Source: Paraspadella gotoi
Taxonomy: Eukaryota; Animalia; Chaetognatha
Direction: 5' to 3'
NCBI GenBank assembly: GCA_051294375.1
Contig: JBJCIZ010000346.1
Location: 1 to 49,774 of the forward strand
Length of the DNA stretch: 49,774 nt
Shown here: positions 35,593-49,073 of the stretch, piece by piece
Numbering within the stretch: position 1 is the stretch's first letter
Layout: the number at the start of each line of letters is the position of its first letter
Notes under the pieces: generated by a model
Database searches by the model: none
The model's input: only the letters and a program-made list of their open reading frames with translations
Told to the model about the DNA's origin: nothing
Program-made: the position numbers and the translations under genes

Positions 35593-38462
35593 NNNNNNNN
35601 NNNNNNNNNNNNNNNNNNNNNNNNNNNNNNNNNNNNNNNNNNNNNNNNNNNNNNNNNNNNNNNNNNNNNNNNNNNNNNNNNNNNNNNNNNNNCTTTTTCT
35701 CCTGTTTTGTCCCCAATTGTTCCTGCAGTTATTAATGAAATACAACCCAACTGTGATATGATTAAAACTTATTCAAAACAAAATAACATAGTTATTGAAA
35801 ACACCTCTCCTGTGGTATATACTAGTCCAGCAGTGGCATTACCAGTTATATCTTCAACCGTAAATCAGTCTCATTTGCCACAATCTGTTCAATCGTCATA
35901 TGTTGGTTTACCTGTATCTTTACCCTCTTTGGAACAGTCAAATCAGTTATTATTAATTTTACAAGCCTTATCTCAAGCTTGTTCGTCATTATTTCCGCCC
36001 ATTCCGAATCCGCTTCCGCCGGTAGTACCGCCGTCCGCGCCGCCGGCACCGTCGGAAAATCCCGTAGCTTCTCCGATCATTTCATCCGCAGCAGCACCTC
36101 CGACGGGCGCCGCAGCAGCCCCGCCGTTTCTGTCGTCGGGTCATCAAATCACGGTCGAATCTACAATCGCCGAAAAACCGTGGATCACAACTTCCCTTAC
36201 CCCGATCCACCTCCCTTCCCCCCTCCATAAAGTAAAAGGATCCATCTGAAAATCAGGTTTTTAAGAAAAAAATTAAAATCTAAAAATAAACCTGTTTTGA
36301 ATAAAATTATCGATGATCCTCCTCACCTTAGCGACGACGACGAATCCATCTGTTCCGACGAACCCTCGTCTGGATCCATCGCGATACCGGCGACTGAGGA
36401 CAATCCATTGATTCAGCTGTGCTTCATTCAATCTCAGCACAATGCCTTTCTCTGATGCGTCAAAAACGCCCAAAGACGAATTTTCTGAAGGACAGGCGAG
36501 TAGATTTTGACGCTCAGTTAGCTTTATTCATATACTTTTATAGCATTCCAGGCATTACTAACGAAATGCTGGTTGCTGAAATGCGTGAGTACTTTTCTGG
36601 TGATGCCTAATTATCATACAACAATATGAATTAGGCCGCGATTATGCCCGCTCTTTAAAAAAGATTAAGAAAGCTTAAAAGTTCAGTTTGGCAGAAAAAG
36701 TTATACTGCACGTCATTTACTTGATAATTTACTAAAGGCCCGAAAATAAGCAGCAGAGAATTCTGCAAGCCTTAAGACTTTTATACTTGAGTTAGAAAAG
36801 ATATACCTTAAAGCCAAAGAAACAAATAGGGAAAAAACTTTGCTACTCAAGAGATTTATACGAAATATTATCCAAAAAAGCTCCTCATCTTGGCTAATGC
36901 TTTGGGCAAAACGTGCAGTAAAGAAAAAAATGGAATGGTTAGAACGAGAGACTGATGACGAGGATGACGAAACTGATTTAGATCCGACTTTTGAATCCTT
37001 TATTAAATTTTTAAAATATACTGCAGAAATCGCCGAAATGGGCACATCTACGCGGGAATCAGCTCCTCAAACGACAGACCTTAAACTCGGATCCCTAGCC
37101 ATGTCAACGCCAAAACCCCATCGAAATCTTTTCCCGTTCACTTTGCGCGGTATGCAAAACCAGCAAAATGTGTCGGTCTCAGAGACTTCCAACGACTCAA
37201 CAAATACAAACCCTGCTCCGAGATTTCCGCATCAAACGCGAATCCAATGACACATGCCCCAAGAAGCTTGTCAACATCATCATGTTTCATGTGTGGAAGC
37301 AATCATTACATTGAAACCTGTCGAAAATATCTCAACATGGAAATGGAAAAAGGTGGGATTATATAAAGAAACAAAATTTTATGCCATTGCTGCTTGAGAA
37401 AAGGCATGTAACAAGAGATTGCAAAAGCTTGTTGGGATGTAGACAATGCGCAGGGCGATCTACGTCTCCTTCATGCAGAGACTCCGGTGCCGTCGTCTTC
37501 CTCTGACTCGCNNNNNNNNNNNNNNNNNNNNNNNNNNNNNNNNNNNNNNNNNNNNNNNNNNNNNNNNNNNNNNNNNNNNNNNNNNNNNNNNNNNNNNNNN
37601 NNNNNNNNNNNNNNNNNNNNNNNNNNNNNNNNNNNNNNNNNNNNNNNNNNNNNNNNNNNNNNNNNNNNNNNNNNNNNNNNNNNNNNNNNNNNNNNNNNNN
37701 NNNNNNNNNNNNNNNNNNNNNNNNNNNNNNNNNNNNNNNNNNNNNNNNNNNNNNNNNNNNNNNNNNNNNNNNNNNNNNNNNNNNNNNNNNNNNNNNNNNN
37801 NNNNNNNNNNNNNNNNNNNNNNNNNNNNNNNNNNNNNNNNNNNNNNNNNNNNNNNNNNNNNNNNNNNNNNNNNNNNNNNNNNNNNNNNNNNNNNNNNNNN
37901 NNNNNNNNNNNNNNNNNNNNNNNNNNNNNNNNNNNNNNNNNNNNNNNNNNNNNNNNNNNNNNNNNNNNNNNNNNNNNNNNNNNNNNNNNNNNNNNNNNNN
38001 NNNNNNNNNNNNNNNNNNNNNNNNNNNNNNNNNNNNNNNNNNNNNNNNNNNNNNNNNNNNNNNNNNNNNNNNNNNNNNNNNNNNNNNNNNNNNNNNNNNN
38101 NNNNNNNNNNNNNNNNNNNNNNNNNNNNNNNNNNNNNNGAAAAAACTTTGCTACTCAAGAGATTTATACAGAAATATTATCCAAAAAAGCTCCTCATCTG
38201 GCTAATGCTTGGGCAAAACGTGCAGTAAAGAAAAAAATGGAATGGTTTAGAACGAAGAGCTGATGACGAGGATGACGAAACGATTTAGATCCGACTTTTG
38301 AATCCTTTATTAAATTTTTAAAATATACTGCAGAAATCGCCGAAATGGGCAGCATCTACGCGGGAATCAGCTCCTCAAACGACAGACCTTCAAACTCGGA
38401 TCCCGTAGCCATGTCAACGCCAAAACCCCATCGAAATCTTTTCCCGTTCACTTTGCCGGCGG

Positions 38463-38825
38463 TTGCAGCAAAACCAGCAAAAATGTGTCGGTCTCAGAGA
38501 CTTCCAACGACTAACAAATACAAACCCTGCTCCGAGATTTCCGCATCCAAACGCGAATCCAATGACACATGCCCCAAGAAAGCTTGTCACATCATCATGT
38601 TTCATGTGTGGAAGCAATCATTACATTGAAACCTGTCGAAAATATCTCAACATGGAAATGGAAAAAAGGTGGGATTATATAAAGAAACAAAATTTATGCC
38701 ATTGCTGCTTGAGAAAAGGACATGTAACAAGAGATTGCAAAAGCTTGTTGGGATGTAGACAATGCGCAGGGCGTCATCACGTCTCTCTTCATGCAGAGAC
38801 TCCGGTGCCGTCGTCTTCCTCTTGA
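38463..38825 (+). CDS. gag: Gag nucleocapsid with three Cys/His knuckles
   Basis: CFMCGSNHYIETC (CX2CX3HX4C), CHCCLRKGHVTRDC (CX2CX4HX4C) and CRQCAGRHHVSLH, the triple-knuckle pattern diagnostic of BEL/Pao. Confidence 0.95.
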   Translation: MQQNQQKCVGLRDFQRLTNTNPAPRFPHPNANPMTHAPRKLVTSSCFMCGSNHYIETCRKYLNMEMEKRWDYIKKQNLCHCCLRKGHVTRDCKSLLGCRQCAGRHHVSLHAETPVPSSSS

Positions 38826-38849
38826 CTCGCAGCAGCGTACGCCGCTACC

Positions 38850-39345
38850 GGGACTTTCCGTCCAATTGTTCCTGTAGTTGTAATAAATGAAAGCAGGAAG
38901 GTAGTGACGTATGCTCTACTTGATAGTGGTGCTACCCGCTCTGCTATATCAACAAATATTTGTAAATAAATTAAAGTTAAATCCCTACACTCTTTATACC
39001 AACTTAACTACTTATGACTCTGTATCTCATACTTGGCGAGATTTTGTTGATATTGAAATTAGAAATTTAAATGACGATTATTCCCGTAAAAATGAATAAA
39101 GTTATTGTTGGAATATTTTAACTACGAAAATGTATAGCCAACAAAGAATAAGATATTGAGGATTATTGATTATATGAAAGATGTTAAATTTGTTGAACTT
39201 CCTAATGAAGAAATTAATATTATTTTAGATGCAAGCTTGGCCTCCGCCTGGGTCGGCGGATCGCGATCGACTCGTGTTGGACCCAACGGATTCCCTACTG
39301 CACTACTCACTTCGTTTGGTTGGACTCTTATTGGACCAAGTGAAA
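38850..39345 (+). CDS. pol: Aspartic protease domain (frameshifted)
   Basis: VTYALLDSGATRS (DSG at 38922-38930), then INIILDA and TALLTSFGWTLIGP. Confidence 0.9.
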
Positions 39346-42300
39346 ACGGATGTCAACAAGATCAGATAAATTGTCTTGACATCGCGCCATCGGAAATTGA
39401 AGATTTAAATATTCAAATTTCCAGGTTAACAAAAATGGATTTTTTAATGAAAGAATCAGAACATTATTCAAGTGAGATTTCCCATCCTTCAGTACTTGAT
39501 CAATATGCAATTGAACAGTTAGAAAACGGAATAAAATTTAATATTTCCACAGGACATTATTCTGCCCCAACGCCTTGGAAAAAGGGGAGAGCAGCAGCCG
39601 CCAAGGAATTTCAAAAAATCCGCTCTGCTACGATCGCGAACGCCAAACGCAGAGCCATAAAGACTGCTGAAAAACTCGCGGAGAGTAGATCGCGACTGGT
39701 TGGTGCAGAGATCAGAGGAGATTTGAGACTATGCTTGAATCTATGGAGGTTGTTTTTCAAGCAAATGTGAAATTGAAAATTTATATTGGCGAGAACCCGA
39801 ATTTTATACTCCTTGCACATGTCACACGTCCTGATAAACAGGAAAATTCGGCATTTGTCAAGACGGCGGCCTCTAAAGTAAGAGAGCTTCTTTCTTAATG
39901 AGCACCTGATTGCTGGGACCTGATAATTTGACCCCATTATTAGGAGTTTTAATGAGGTTTCGTAGAAAAATGGTGACACGTTAGTCGTTCGGACATCAAA
40001 GGCTTTTTCCACCAGGGTGGAAATTGACCCTGCTGACAGAGGGCCTTTAGATTTTTTCTGGTATACTGATGAAACGATGACTGTATCTTGAAGCTCACCA
40101 TTACTCCAATGTGCATATATTTGGGGGTTCAGAGCAGCCCAGGTTCGCTTAATGGTTGATAAAGTACTCACAGACTTGTTAGATTCAGCGAAAAAAATTC
40201 AAAATGAAATATCTCAAGAAGCTTTTCTCTCATTCATTTATTTTAGGCCTCTATATGGACGATTTGCTTCAATTCTTTGGACACGCCTGAAGAGGCTAAA
40301 AAAACTCCGAATTTGAACTCACAGACGCCCTGAAGCGCGGCGGATTCGATCTCTGCAAATGGAAATCTTCAGATCCCCGAGTTTTGGAGATGAAGTTATT
40401 AAAGACGAGGCGCCTCCTCCAATCAACGGTACGTCGTCAGATGAACTCGTCGACGATCTTGAAAAGATGGCGGAAAAACACCTTTTCAGAGAATCCTACA
40501 GATGAGCACTCAAGTAAGATTTTGGGTGTTGGATTCAATACAGAGAAAGACGTATTTTTTATTAGAATAACAGAAAAAGTTCAAAAGGAGCATTAACAAG
40601 ACGAGATTTTTTAAAATTAGTGGCAAGTGTTTATGATCCACTTGGATTCGTGTCTCCCTATATTCTTAAAGGGAGAGCTTATTTTCAAAAGGCCACTAAT
40701 GATAACTTGACCTGGGATGATAAAGTTTCTGACGAACTTTTTAAAAGATTTGACAAATGGAGAAAGGAAATGATTTCACTTGAAAAGATTCACCTTTCCC
40801 TCGCTGGACCTCTATCTCGGGTCTAGAAGTTGCGAAAACGCAGCTTATCATTTTTTCCTGCCGAGCTTCTGCCTCTGCTGTTAGGTTACGGAATTGTTGC
40901 TTATTTAAAAAGTATGAATGCAAATGAAGATAGCATGTCACATTTCTTTTTTTTATTTAAAATCCCATGTTTTGTGCATTGCAAATGCAACGAGTATTTA
41001 TCTCAGGTCAAGAAGATCATCTGAAAGCTTATGCCTCGTTTAGAATTAAATGCCGCCAGACTGGCAGCCCAATCTAGGGATACAATAGTAAGAGAATCTG
41101 GAGAAGAATTCTCAAGCATTGTCATGTTAACAGATTCGATCACTGTTTTAAACTGGATTAATGACTTCACCAAAAGATTTAAGACTTTTGAGCACTTCCG
41201 ACTGAAAACTATACGAAATTTATCTCCTATTCAGGAATGGCGCCACGTTCAAGGAACGGAAAATCCCGCCGATTTTGCTTCAAGGGGTCTTGACGCTAAA
41301 GACAAGAAATGGTCAATATTTCTATCAAGGTCCAGCATGGCTTCGGCGTCCTGAAAGCGAATGGCCAACTTCAAGTCATCCAGTTAATTCCTCCAAAACA
41401 AAACTCCAAAAGAGAAAGAACCGGAGGAGATAAATCTATCTGCAATTCATGACGATTGTAGTTATTCACCGATCGAACTCATTGCAATCAACGCCATCGC
41501 GATTATCCATTCTCCCGCCCTCCGACTCCAAGACTGGCAATCAAGATCACTGAGAAAATCTCAGATTGGCGACAAAAGGTAAGACGCGTCGCCTATTTCA
41601 CAAAATGTGTTCCGCTATTTTTTAAAATATTTAAAAGAAAAGAAGGAGGGAAAAAAGGTTAAAGTTGAAAAATATTATGCTTACTGTTGATGAACTTCAA
41701 AAATGCAAGAACCAAGTTATATAGAGCGATTCAACGATTTCATTTTGATAAAGAATTTTTTTGAGTTAAAACTTGGCATTCTATCTCCAAATGCAAAAAG
41801 AGAACTCAGAACTAAAAGTTCAAAAATGATTTCTCTAAGTCCATTTATTGATACGGATCATTGCATTAGAGCCGGAGGGAGACTCAGCAATGCAAAGATA
41901 TGATATTATGAGGGTTAAATATCCTTTTAATTCTCTAAAAGTGACGAAGTGGTAAATTCCATTATTAGGCATTATATCACGAGCAACTGAAACTGGGCAG
42001 AGCATCTGCGACCTTTCATTCTTTAAACCAATCTTTTGCATTATTAGGTGGAAGATCAAGTGTCGACAACATCGTGAGGAAAATGCGTTAATGCCAAAAG
42101 GCTCACAAGAAACCGACACCACAACACGATGATCGGATCTTTCCTAGAATTTCGGGTTCAAAGTCACCATCCCATTTCGTACGACCGGAATCGATTGCTT
42201 GGTCCATACAGGGTGAGAAATGCTGGAAGAGGATTTAATATAAAAAACGTCCTACTTCTGACCTGCATGGGCACAAGAGCTGTAGTTTTTGAAGTTTTAA

Positions 42301-43076
42301 AAGATATGTCAAGCATGTCATTAATCTCAGCAATCATAAGATTTAAATCTCGCTTCCCAGTCTTAGAACGACTTATCTCCGATAACGGAACCAATTTCCG
42401 TGGTCTCGATAACGAACTGAAAGAGACAATTGAAGACGATTCGGGAGGACGAAAAATTCTCAGAGTTTATCGCTTCAAACGATATAAGGTGGGATTTTGG
42501 GCCTCCACATACCCCTCACTGGGGGGAGTGTGGAGAGATTAGTAAAAATGTACAAAAAAACACATTACGACATCCTTACCTGAAGAGCCAGACCTTGACA
42601 CATTTGTTACTATTTTATGTGAAATTTCGGCAATTTTAAATAGACGCCCAATTACTCAAGCACCAGCAAATCCAAATGAAATAATAGCTTAAGTCCAGAA
42701 AATTTTTTATATCCTTATTTACATGCTTCAACAGCATTAACTCTACTTCCTTATACTCCTACAGTTGGTGACTCTCTCCGCGCATCATGGAAAACTGTCC
42801 GCGATACTGCAGACAAATTTTGGATTGCTGGAAAAAGAGTATTTAACAACCCTTAGAAGCCGAAACGAAATGGACTTCATCCTCAGATCACTTTCAAATC
42901 GGGAGCGTGGTTCTCATAGAAGAAGAAAAATTGTTCCCCGCGATATTTGGAGAATAGGACGAATTGAAGAACTTCTTGGAGAAGAGAACCACAAGAGAGA
43001 AGCGAACGTCAAAATGGCGAACGGAAAAATAATTCGACGCCTGTGACTTCTCTCATTCATCTTGAAGGTCGATTGA
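39345..43076 (+). pseudogene. pol: RT-RNase H-integrase of copy E (many single-base indels)
   Basis: YMDD 40252-40263; ASVYDPLG; MPRLELNAA...TDSITVLNWI...ENPADFASRG (41031-41354); SDNGTNFRG; stop near 43076. Confidence 0.9.
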
Positions 43077-43809
43077 GTTACTCTCATAATCAAGAGACAT
43101 TTAGAATTTGAATTTTTGTGGGAGAAAAGTTTCTACCTTATATTTCCTATTACTGTCAGTATTTTCTTATTTCAAAACCATAAATTATTTAAATACATCA
43201 TTTATTAAATTAATATAATACACAATTTGGGAACAAACATATTGAATCATTGATAAATTTTACACATGTTCATTTGACATTTATCTTGGTTGATAAAAAC
43301 TATTGTTCAAAAAAACGATTCAATAGTAAACATTGAAACGAGCACTCATCTATTTCAATTAAAATTATTTTATTGAATTTCTTCTTATTAACCTCACCAA
43401 GATGAACCTATTTCAAAGAGCAATTGATAGTATGTCAACTAGAGCTTCAATTGTACTTACCTCCTGCCTTTGGAAATATTATCTTTTGTTTGGTCCAGCG
43501 TCATGTTCCGTTACTAATGTTCTGTCATACTGTTCATCCATTTGCGTAGCCTATTTGAAAACATAAAATGTGATTAATAAAAAAAAAATCACAATCCTGT
43601 AGTGCATCTTTGACAGAGTGCCCAAACGGTTTCTTTTTTTTTTTTATGGCCGGCGAAGGTAGACTCGTCGCCGCCGTCGAGTTCCGCGTCGATTCGAAAG
43701 TCAAAGATGACGATATCATTGAGGTGATCCGAAGTGAAGACGTGGGCGCCGCCTGAGTCAAGCTTGTCCGAATCCGAGGACGATCTGTCCATAGTCCTAA
43801 ACAAATCCA

Positions 43810-43860
43810 AAATCCAATTCCGTGACGACGAAATCCAATTTCGTGACGACGAAATCCAAT
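43810..43860 (+). repeat. 21-nt tandem repeat, ~2.5 copies (AAATCCAATTYCGTGACGACG)
   Basis: Seen directly; also at ~33418-33470 and inverted at ~4206-4270. Confidence 0.9.
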
Positions 43861-44938
43861 CCGCGACAAGCAATCCCATGGGATCCGAAGTCTTACTGGC
43901 AACGATCCTCACAAATGCTCTGAATGAAACGACGATCCCTTTTTGATAGCCGCCTGAAGATCCCGAAAGAACACTAAATAAAAGTTAGTAACATTGAAAT
44001 CGAAAACTTACCTGTTTGTAACGGAACCGGAATTGTGGTATTATTTTTTTTTAAAGTAAAAAACTATTAACATTGCAATACATAACCAATGTATACCTAT
44101 GTATTGTTGTAACTTACCTTCTCTCATCACACATCAAAGCAAAATCTTTCAGACTATGCACGTGAAAATATTTTTTTTGGCTACCCACTTACCTCGAAGA
44201 TTCTCTTGAGGAGATAAGAAGCGGAAGATGCCTGGTCCTGCAGATCCAAAATTAATTAAACAGCTTCTTAATGTGAAACCTCAAAGCGTGGACATTTAAT
44301 TATGATTCCTCAAAATTGAAAAAGAAAAACTGGAAAATTTTATTATTGCTATTGTTATTGCATAATTTGTCATTCATTGTCCATCTTGTTCATTTGTTAT
44401 GGAAATTATCTGAATAACAATATGGAGGCAGTGGGTTCGTGGGCACTCAAACTCACTTATATTCAAGGACTCGTATATAAATGAAATCAACTACCGAAAA
44501 CCCAACTCCGCGTAAGAAACTCTCGAAAGATCGATTGCAGCCATCGAGAGATTTGATGGGAAAAAAAGTTAACATTGAATCCGGAAAAACGGAATCCATC
44601 AAGGACGAAACCTTAATCTCGCACCTTGGCAAAATATAAAAACTATGCAAAATGCCTCTGCAAGATTATGAAAGAATTAATCATCTTTAAAATAGTATTG
44701 CTTTATTCATTGTCTCTGTTTGGCCATTGTTTGTTGATGTCTATTATTATTGAATCAACTCACCACTTACCTTTTCCAGGAGTCATTCCAAAATAAAGTG
44801 CATTGCACTCAATTCAAACTTTAATCTGCGATCTTCACGAATTCAAAAAAAATATTCATCGTTTATCACGGCTTAAACTCAAATTAAATTCACAAACGGC
44901 CAATTCGCAGCGTTCCAAAATCAATGAACTTTCTTAGG

Positions 44939-46337
44939 ATGATGAACAACCAGCGACCTCATGTGGAATAACGTTGAGCAATTGAATCTCTCTCTTGACA
45001 TTGAGGCGATGAGTTTGCTTCCATATTTCAGCAAACTCTGCTCCATGAAGTCCTAGACTGTGCCGACCCAAACGATTGTGGCGGTTCAACCGCCAAGACC
45101 CGCTGAACCTGAACATTCCCATTCCTCCCCTTATGGATCAGCCGAAGTAAGTGAAAATCCAATGAAATTTTTACTTTGGTTACCACAAATTCACTTACCC
45201 AACATATTTATCAGCAACTTTCCACGAGCGACAACCTTCCGCAAAACACCGCTTGAAGACTCCACTTCCGATGAAGGAACCCTACCCTACGAAGTTCCAC
45301 CTACCCCCAAAACTCCGCCCACTAAGCACGATTCCTTCCGACCTTCCGAGTACGCGGGAGCTTCCTCAATCCCGATGCGTGATGGAAAAATCGACACTCA
45401 AACTGTAACAACCATTTAAGTCTCCTGCTTACTCCAACGAGAAAATTCCCGTTCATCGTCGAACTTCTGACGAATGGAAAATTTCGTCCCGACGTCCCTC
45501 TTCGTGGCAGGGTGGGACGAATGATCAAGACGTGTCGTAAAAACTGGCGGCCGCGTTGCAAAGAACGCGGCATCGATTTCGCTCGTTTTCGTCTTCAATC
45601 ATTTCGGCCTCATCGTCAACGCCGAGTGATTATCAAGATGAAAACTGTCCCCTCCTCCCAATTATCACGGCAATGCCAACCGGACGACGACGACAAAGAC
45701 GAAACGTAATGTCATTGTCAAAGGGACCTCTCTGTCAAAATCCTCGTCATCGATCTCTGAAGCAGTTCCGTTGGTATCCTCTTCCCGTATCAACGTCGCA
45801 GCCGAAACGGAAAAGTCGAAAAGCGAAGAAGTCCGTCGTCTTCTTTTCGAAAAAGAAGCATTAAAGATGGAGCGAGACAAGTACAAGATGATAGCCGCGA
45901 GGTATGAGAAAGACTTGGCGCTTGAAAAACGTCTTCGTGAAAAAGATCGTGACCGTTTTGAAGAAAAGATGCAGAAAATGCGCCAGGATTCAGATAAACG
46001 CATCGACCGCCTCAAAGAAACTCACCTGTATGAGATCCGGAGTTTGTGTGAAGCACTTTGCGCTGCTTCTCTCCAATCAGTTGATCCATCTTCATTGGCG
46101 TCGAAAAGTAAGAAAGATGCTGTCCGCGAATCTACAAAAGTGCCCTCTCAAAGTGCATCGTTCAAAGTAAATAAAAACCCGGCTGATAATGCTCGTCCCC
46201 ACTTACCTCCCTTCAACCCCCCTCCCCACCTTCCAACACCTGGCAAAATCCCCCCTGCCAATCCCCTCCCCCCGAAAAGTCCAAAAAAAATATTAATCCG
46301 CGATTATTGTACTTATTTACAAAATATTTATCGCTGA
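44939..46337 (+). CDS. Accessory ORF3 (~440 aa after splicing and indel correction): acidic N-terminus, central compact domain, coiled coil, Pro-rich tail; function unknown
   Basis: Fragments 45060-45419, 45556-45864 and the clean 188-aa ORF 45771-46337 (EEVRRLLFEKEALKMERDKYKMIAARYEKDLALEKRLREK...PPFNPPPHLPTPGKIPP); intron ~45146-45214; present in four copies. Confidence 0.7.
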
Positions 46338-46487
46338 ACAATCTTTATCGTCAGTTTATTGATTTGTATAATAAACAATCAAATTTTTTATCTACTCTGA
46401 CGAAAATATTTATACTTACCTTTTACAGTCTGTAAATTAATTATACTCACCCTTTACATTCCATAAATTAATAAAAATCTTCTTCTT

Positions 46488-48200
46488 GACTCAATTTCAA
46501 TCACAGTTTATCATGAGCTTAAACTCAATTATTACCGGCCTTTCGCGGTTCCTCTATGCATAGTGGTGGTACCAAAATCAAACTTACGCTGAAATAAAAG
46601 GTATTATTATGAAACATTTATACTTGACCAGTGATGATGAACAACCACGACTCTGTGATAACGTTGAGCAATTGATCTCTCTACTTGCATTTGAGAGAGG
46701 GCGATGAGTTTGCTTCCCATATTTGTCAGCAAAACTCATCTCCATAGCAAGTCCTAGCTGTGCGACCCAATTTACGATGTGGCCGGGTTCATCACCCGCC
46801 AGGACTCTCGGTCTGAACCTGAAACATTCCCATTCCTCCCCTTAAATGGAGATCCAGCGTGAAGGATAATGCCAATGGAAATTTATTCTTTTGGTTACAT
46901 CACAATTCAGCTGTATCGTCCATACATATTTAATCGTCAGGAGAGCGCCAACTTTCGCACTGAAGCGACACTTCCCCAAAAACACGCTATGAAGACATCA
47001 TCCGCTTTGAAGGATCCCTATCTCTACGATTACAGTTCCACCTACGCCCAAACGACCCTCCCCAGCCCTAACACCGATGTCCTTCCACCTTCCATTACGG
47101 GTACGGGACTTCCTCCAATCCACGATGCGTGAGGAAAAAATCGACACACTCAAACTGTAACAACCATTTAAGTCTCCTTGCTTACTCCAACGAGAAAATT
47201 CCGTTCATCGCGGAAATTCTGACGAATGGAAATTTCGTCCCGACGTCCCTTTCTTCGTCGGGTGGGACGAATGATCAGAGACTGTGTCGTAAAAAACTGC
47301 GCCGCGTTGCAAAGAGGCCGCGGCATCGATTTCGTCGTTTCGTCTTCAATCATTTCTGGCCTCATCGTCAACCCGAGTGATTATCAAGTTGAAAACTGTC
47401 CCTCCTCCCAATTATCACGGCAATGCCAACCGGACGACGACGACAAAGACGAGAACGTAATGTCATTGTCAAAGGGCCTCTCTGTCAATCTCGTCTATCG
47501 ATCTCTGAAGCAGTTCCGTTTGGTATCCTCTTTCCGGTATACACGGCTCGACGCCGAAACGGAAAAGTCGAATAAAGGCGAAGAAGTCGTCGTCTTCCTT
47601 TCGAAAATAAGCATTTAAGATGGGAGCGAGACAAGTACAAGATGATAGGCGCGAGGTATGAGAAAGACTTGGCGCTTGGAAAAACATCTTCGGTGAAAAG
47701 ATCGTGACCCGTTTTGAAGAAAAGATGCAGAAAATGCGCCAGGATTTCAGATAAACGCATCGACCGCCTCAAAGAAACTCACTGATATGAGATCGCGAGA
47801 GTTTGTGTGAAGCACTTTGCGCTGACTTCTCTCCAATCAGTTTGATCCATCTTCAATTGGCGTTGAGGTAAGAATGCTGTCCGCGAATCTACAAAAGTGC
47901 CCTCTCAATAAAGTGCAATCGTTCAAAGTAAATAAAAACCCGGCTGATAATGCTCGTCCCTACTTACCGTCCTTTCCCCTCCCACCTCCAACACCTGGCA
48001 AAATCCCGCCAAATCCCCTCCTCCCGAAAAGTCCAAAAAAAATATTAATCAGACGATTATTGTGCTTTTTTACAAAATTTATTTTGTGAATCAATCTTTA
48101 TCGTCAGTTTATTTGATTGTTTTACTTTTATGTCTACGTCTGGAAATTTATACTTACTCTTTTACAGTTGTTTTTTCTCACCCTTTACTTCTAGTTAATT
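46488..48200 (+). repeat. Tandem, noisier second copy of the ORF3 unit (44840-46470)
   Basis: Collinear from cagtttatca..gcttaaactcaa through ctcaccctttac. Confidence 0.9.
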
Positions 48201-48429
48201 CTTCATTCTGTATCATGAATCTCCACTGTTGCTGTAAATAAATTTACTCACTTGTCTTGGATTTTAAATAAATGATTACTTTGGCTATATTTGTTGTTTT
48301 ACACAATCTTTTTCAAATATAATTGATATGCGAGAAAGAAATTCAACTTAAATCTAGCTCCTTCATTACCCCAACATGGGGTAGGAGCAATATTACCCCT
48401 CTTTTAAGTCTGACCCCCAGACCCTAAAA

Positions 48430-48900
48430 TAAAATCTTTTCAACGACCGTTTGCTGCGCGAAAATAAGATCTCAAATTTGCACGTGCCTCGAATCTAAAG
48501 TCAAACGAGAACGCCGTGTTTCATGGCGTACCGGAAAGACGAGCAGCACTTTACATCAGTTCCCGAAAGAGATACCGGAAAAGCTCGTTGTTGCTGAAGC
48601 GCGAACGAGGCCGGAAAACGGGGGCGGGCGGTCGCGGAAGGTATGGGGGCTGCCCGGGCGGCAGCGGACGGTCAGGGCACACGGCGGGCCGGCAGTCGGT
48701 TGCCCGGGCCGGGCTGCCCAAAGGCGGGCTGGCGAGAAAGTGCGGGGATCGGATCGTTCAACGGGATATCAAATGGAATGCGCGGCGCTTTGATTGGCGG
48801 CACGTCGAGGTGCCAGGATCAAAAACAGGGATTGGGGATGCTGCAGGGACGATCATTGCGTCCGCTTGATGCGTGGGAGTTATTGCAGGCATTTGGGAAA
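48430..48900. promoter_or_regulatory. GC/CpG-rich island upstream of the PPT; candidate internal promoter
   Basis: Sharp GC rise; GGGGCGGGCGG at ~48621; ATTGG (CCAAT on minus) at 48793 and 48831. Single noisy copy only. Confidence 0.3.
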
Positions 48901-49073
48901 TGCAAGTAACCCTTGTGGGATGGGGGGCAGCTGTAAAAGGAGAAATCAATGAAATGCCTACGCTTAAGACGATGACGCAAGCTTGAAATGATCCTTAGAC
49001 TGTCACGCACTATGTGCTGCCGCTTTCTTTAATTGGGGCAAACCTGGACATATGAGTATTTACAATGTTTCCC

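Noticed and set aside
37446-38263. Long ORFs of 230-260 aa
   Set aside because: They are translations of a 627-N gap.
36831-38830. Tandem duplication of the gag knuckle region (six knuckles)
   Set aside because: The two ~680-bp copies flank an N gap of similar size; most simply an unmerged overlap.
246-43076. Programmed ribosomal frameshifting or an alternative genetic code to explain the broken ORFs
   Set aside because: Frameshifts fall at different positions in each copy, often in homopolymers, and the clean segments translate with the standard code.
45665-46015. Minus-strand Ser/Arg-rich ORFs opposite ORF3, RT and integrase (also 21376-21600, 31489-31755)
   Set aside because: Typical shadow frames of the coding strand.
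48516-48909. Bacterial contaminant gene or rRNA fragment in the GC-rich block
   Set aside because: No recognisable protein or rRNA motif; only short low-complexity frames, and it is contiguous with the PPT/LTR.
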